Below, piece after piece: positions 36,110 to 37,581 of a DNA stretch of 37,581 nucleotides. The DNA lies in the NCBI GenBank assembly GCA_017456045.1, contig JAFTKE010000147.1, positions 1 through 37,581 of the forward strand. Direction: 5' to 3'. The notes below the pieces were generated by a model that saw only the letters and a program-made list of their open reading frames with translations, was not told the origin of the DNA and did not search any database. Position 1 is the first letter of the stretch, and every line of letters starts with the position of its first letter. The position numbers and the translations under genes are program-made. The stretch is from Oscillospiraceae bacterium (lineage in GTDB: Bacteria > Bacillota > Clostridia > Oscillospirales > Oscillospiraceae).

Positions 36110-36585
36110 AAAACATGTACGGGAGATCGAAAGAGGTGATCAAAAAATATCGCTATGCTGTGGCAGTCTTGGTTATCGGCATCGGACTGATGCTACTGCC
36201 TGAACTGGGCGAGAAGAAAGAAGTCGCCACGACAGTCGAACAGGAAGAAATGGCACCGGATGTCGCCGCATCCTTGTCTCGGATATTGTCCCAGATCCAC
36301 GGGGCGGGTAAGGTGGAGATCTATCTCACACTGGAATCCAGTGAGCGGACGGTTTACCAGACCGACGGTGACAGTCAAGGCGGAGGGGCTGATACCGTCA
36401 TCGTCACGGATGAGGATCGGGCACAGCAGGGACTAGTCCAGGAAGTCTTATCACCCCAATATCGGGGTGCGATCATACTCTGTCAAGGTGCGGATGATCC
36501 AACAGTTAGATTATCCATCGTTGAGGCTGTCGCAGACGCGACAGGACTCACCTCTGATCGGATATCCATATTGAAAATGAAATGA
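36100..36585 (+). CDS. spoIIIAG: Stage III sporulation protein AG
   Basis: TM segment, ILSQIHGAGKVEIYLT, and P.YRGAIILCQGADDP.VR..IVEAV. Confidence 0.92.
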   Translation: MDLKNMYGRSKEVIKKYRYAVAVLVIGIGLMLLPELGEKKEVATTVEQEEMAPDVAASLSRILSQIHGAGKVEIYLTLESSERTVYQTDGDSQGGGADTVIVTDEDRAQQGLVQEVLSPQYRGAIILCQGADDPTVRLSIVEAVADATGLTSDRISILKMK

Positions 36586-36602
36586 ATGGGAGGAGCTTAT
36601 TC

Positions 36603-37160
36603 ATGAAATTGAAGAATTGGAAAAAGAATTTGGTGGCAACCGGTATCCTGGTCACCGTATGTGCCGGAATATACATAAACTGGCTATATACCGGAGGGAC
36701 GGACACCAAGGATCTGACCGACACTCTGGATGCCCAAAAGGTGATGTCCGATGATACGCTCATCTTGAACGATGCTACGATCCAGGTAGGCACTGATGGG
36801 ACGAACACCGCAACAGATTACTTCGCTGCTGTGAGATTATCCCGTCAGCAGGCCCGGGACAGCGCGGTGACTCTGCTCCAGGAGGCCATGGCTTATGGAG
36901 ATGAGGAGGGGGAGTCTACCTCTTCCGCACAGCTGGATCTGATCGTGCAGACAGCGTTATGCGAGGCGCAGATCGAAAGTCTGGTGATCGCCAAGGGCTA
37001 CGCTGATTGTGTTGCCTATATGGGCGACGAGGGTATCTCAGTAGCAGTAGCTGCTCCGGAGGGAGGGCTGACGGAGACGGATGTGGCATTGATCGCCGAC
37101 ATCGTTATGTCCCAATCAGATATGGACATCCCTGATATCCATGTAGTGGAAGTACAGTAA
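36603..37160 (+). CDS. spoIIIAH: Stage III sporulation protein AH
   Basis: Motifs AGIYINW, YFAAVRLSRQQARD and IESLVIAKGYADCV. ATG at 36603 follows GGAGG. Confidence 0.92.
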   Translation: MKLKNWKKNLVATGILVTVCAGIYINWLYTGGTDTKDLTDTLDAQKVMSDDTLILNDATIQVGTDGTNTATDYFAAVRLSRQQARDSAVTLLQEAMAYGDEEGESTSSAQLDLIVQTALCEAQIESLVIAKGYADCVAYMGDEGISVAVAAPEGGLTETDVALIADIVMSQSDMDIPDIHVVEVQ

Positions 37161-37166
37161 GGATGG

Positions 37167-37193
37167 ATCGCCCCGGCACGACCGGGGCGATTT
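37167..37193 (+). terminator. Terminator after spoIIIAH
   Basis: ATCGCCCCGG-CACGA-CCGGGGCGAT followed by TT. Confidence 0.75.
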
Positions 37194-37207
37194 CATTGAA
37201 AAATCTG

Positions 37208-37236
37208 TTGTATTTTTTCTTCGCTCGTGGTATAAT
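37208..37236 (+). promoter_or_regulatory. SigmaA promoter of the Asp23-family gene
   Basis: TTGTAT, 17-bp spacer, TATAAT, with extended TG. Confidence 0.75.
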
Positions 37237-37288
37237 GAGTAAAAATATGCCACGCTTCCTGCGGGGCGGTTTTACAGGAGGTTTTACC

Positions 37289-37581
37289 ATGGCTGAGAAT
37301 AAGCAGTATATCACGCAGGTCCAGGATAATGGTCGTGTGATGATCTCTGAAGATGTGATCAATACCATCGTGATCCAGTCTTTGACGGATATCGAAGGTT
37401 ACGTGGGTCTCAGTGCCAAGCCCGGTGCTGATATCGTCGAGATGATCGGCAAGAAGAATTGGGGCAAGGGCCTCAAGGTCACGATCGGTGAGGATGACGC
37501 CCTGACCATCGAATGCAATGTGGTCATGTGCTACGGCCATAGCGTCGTTACTGTCGCCAAGACCATCCAGGAGACTATCGT
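37289..37581 (+). CDS. Asp23/Gls24-family protein (YqhY-like), runs off the window
   Basis: Absent from the ORF track. RBS AGGAGG, ATG at 37289: MAENKQYITQVQDNGRVMISEDVINTIV...KKNWGKGLKV...VMCYGHSVVTVAKTIQE. This is the usual position after spoIIIAH. Confidence 0.9.
   Translation, partial: MAENKQYITQVQDNGRVMISEDVINTIVIQSLTDIEGYVGLSAKPGADIVEMIGKKNWGKGLKVTIGEDDALTIECNVVMCYGHSVVTVAKTIQETI

Noticed and set aside
1-37581. CRISPR arrays, IS elements, prophage genes, tRNA/rRNA
   Set aside because: No spaced direct repeats, transposase, integrase or phage motifs, or tRNA/rRNA signatures were seen by eye.

Overview
Chromosomal core-genome region of a spore-forming Clostridia-type Firmicute (Oscillospiraceae-like by gene content; roughly 55% GC by eye). 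Left to right: a truncated cyclophilin, smpB, a HAD hydrolase, a small SOS-box-controlled gene, Nudix and SGNH hydrolases. Then a ~614-nt highly structured non-coding RNA that I identify as OLE RNA, with its own sigmaA promoter, heading oapA-dxs-tlyA-nadK-argR-recN. Next come lepB-rbgA-rnhB-yraN-dipeptidase-degenerate thrC-like-metallophosphoesterase; tig-clpP-clpX-lon-engB plus a hypothetical gene; an AT-rich orphan with an HNH-like motif; TSCPD and ybaK; tepA-uppP-ftsK; divergent coaBC and panT-coaX-EFR1; spoIIIAA-AH; and a truncated Asp23 gene. The most notable items are the OLE RNA/OapA ribonucleoprotein locus (invisible to the ORF track and detached from its usual ispA neighbour), a threonine-synthase pseudoenzyme, a LexA-boxed orphan, a structured leader on panT, a foreign HNH-like gene and GATC enrichment in the sampled native regions. 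All assignments come from motif recognition; no searches were run.
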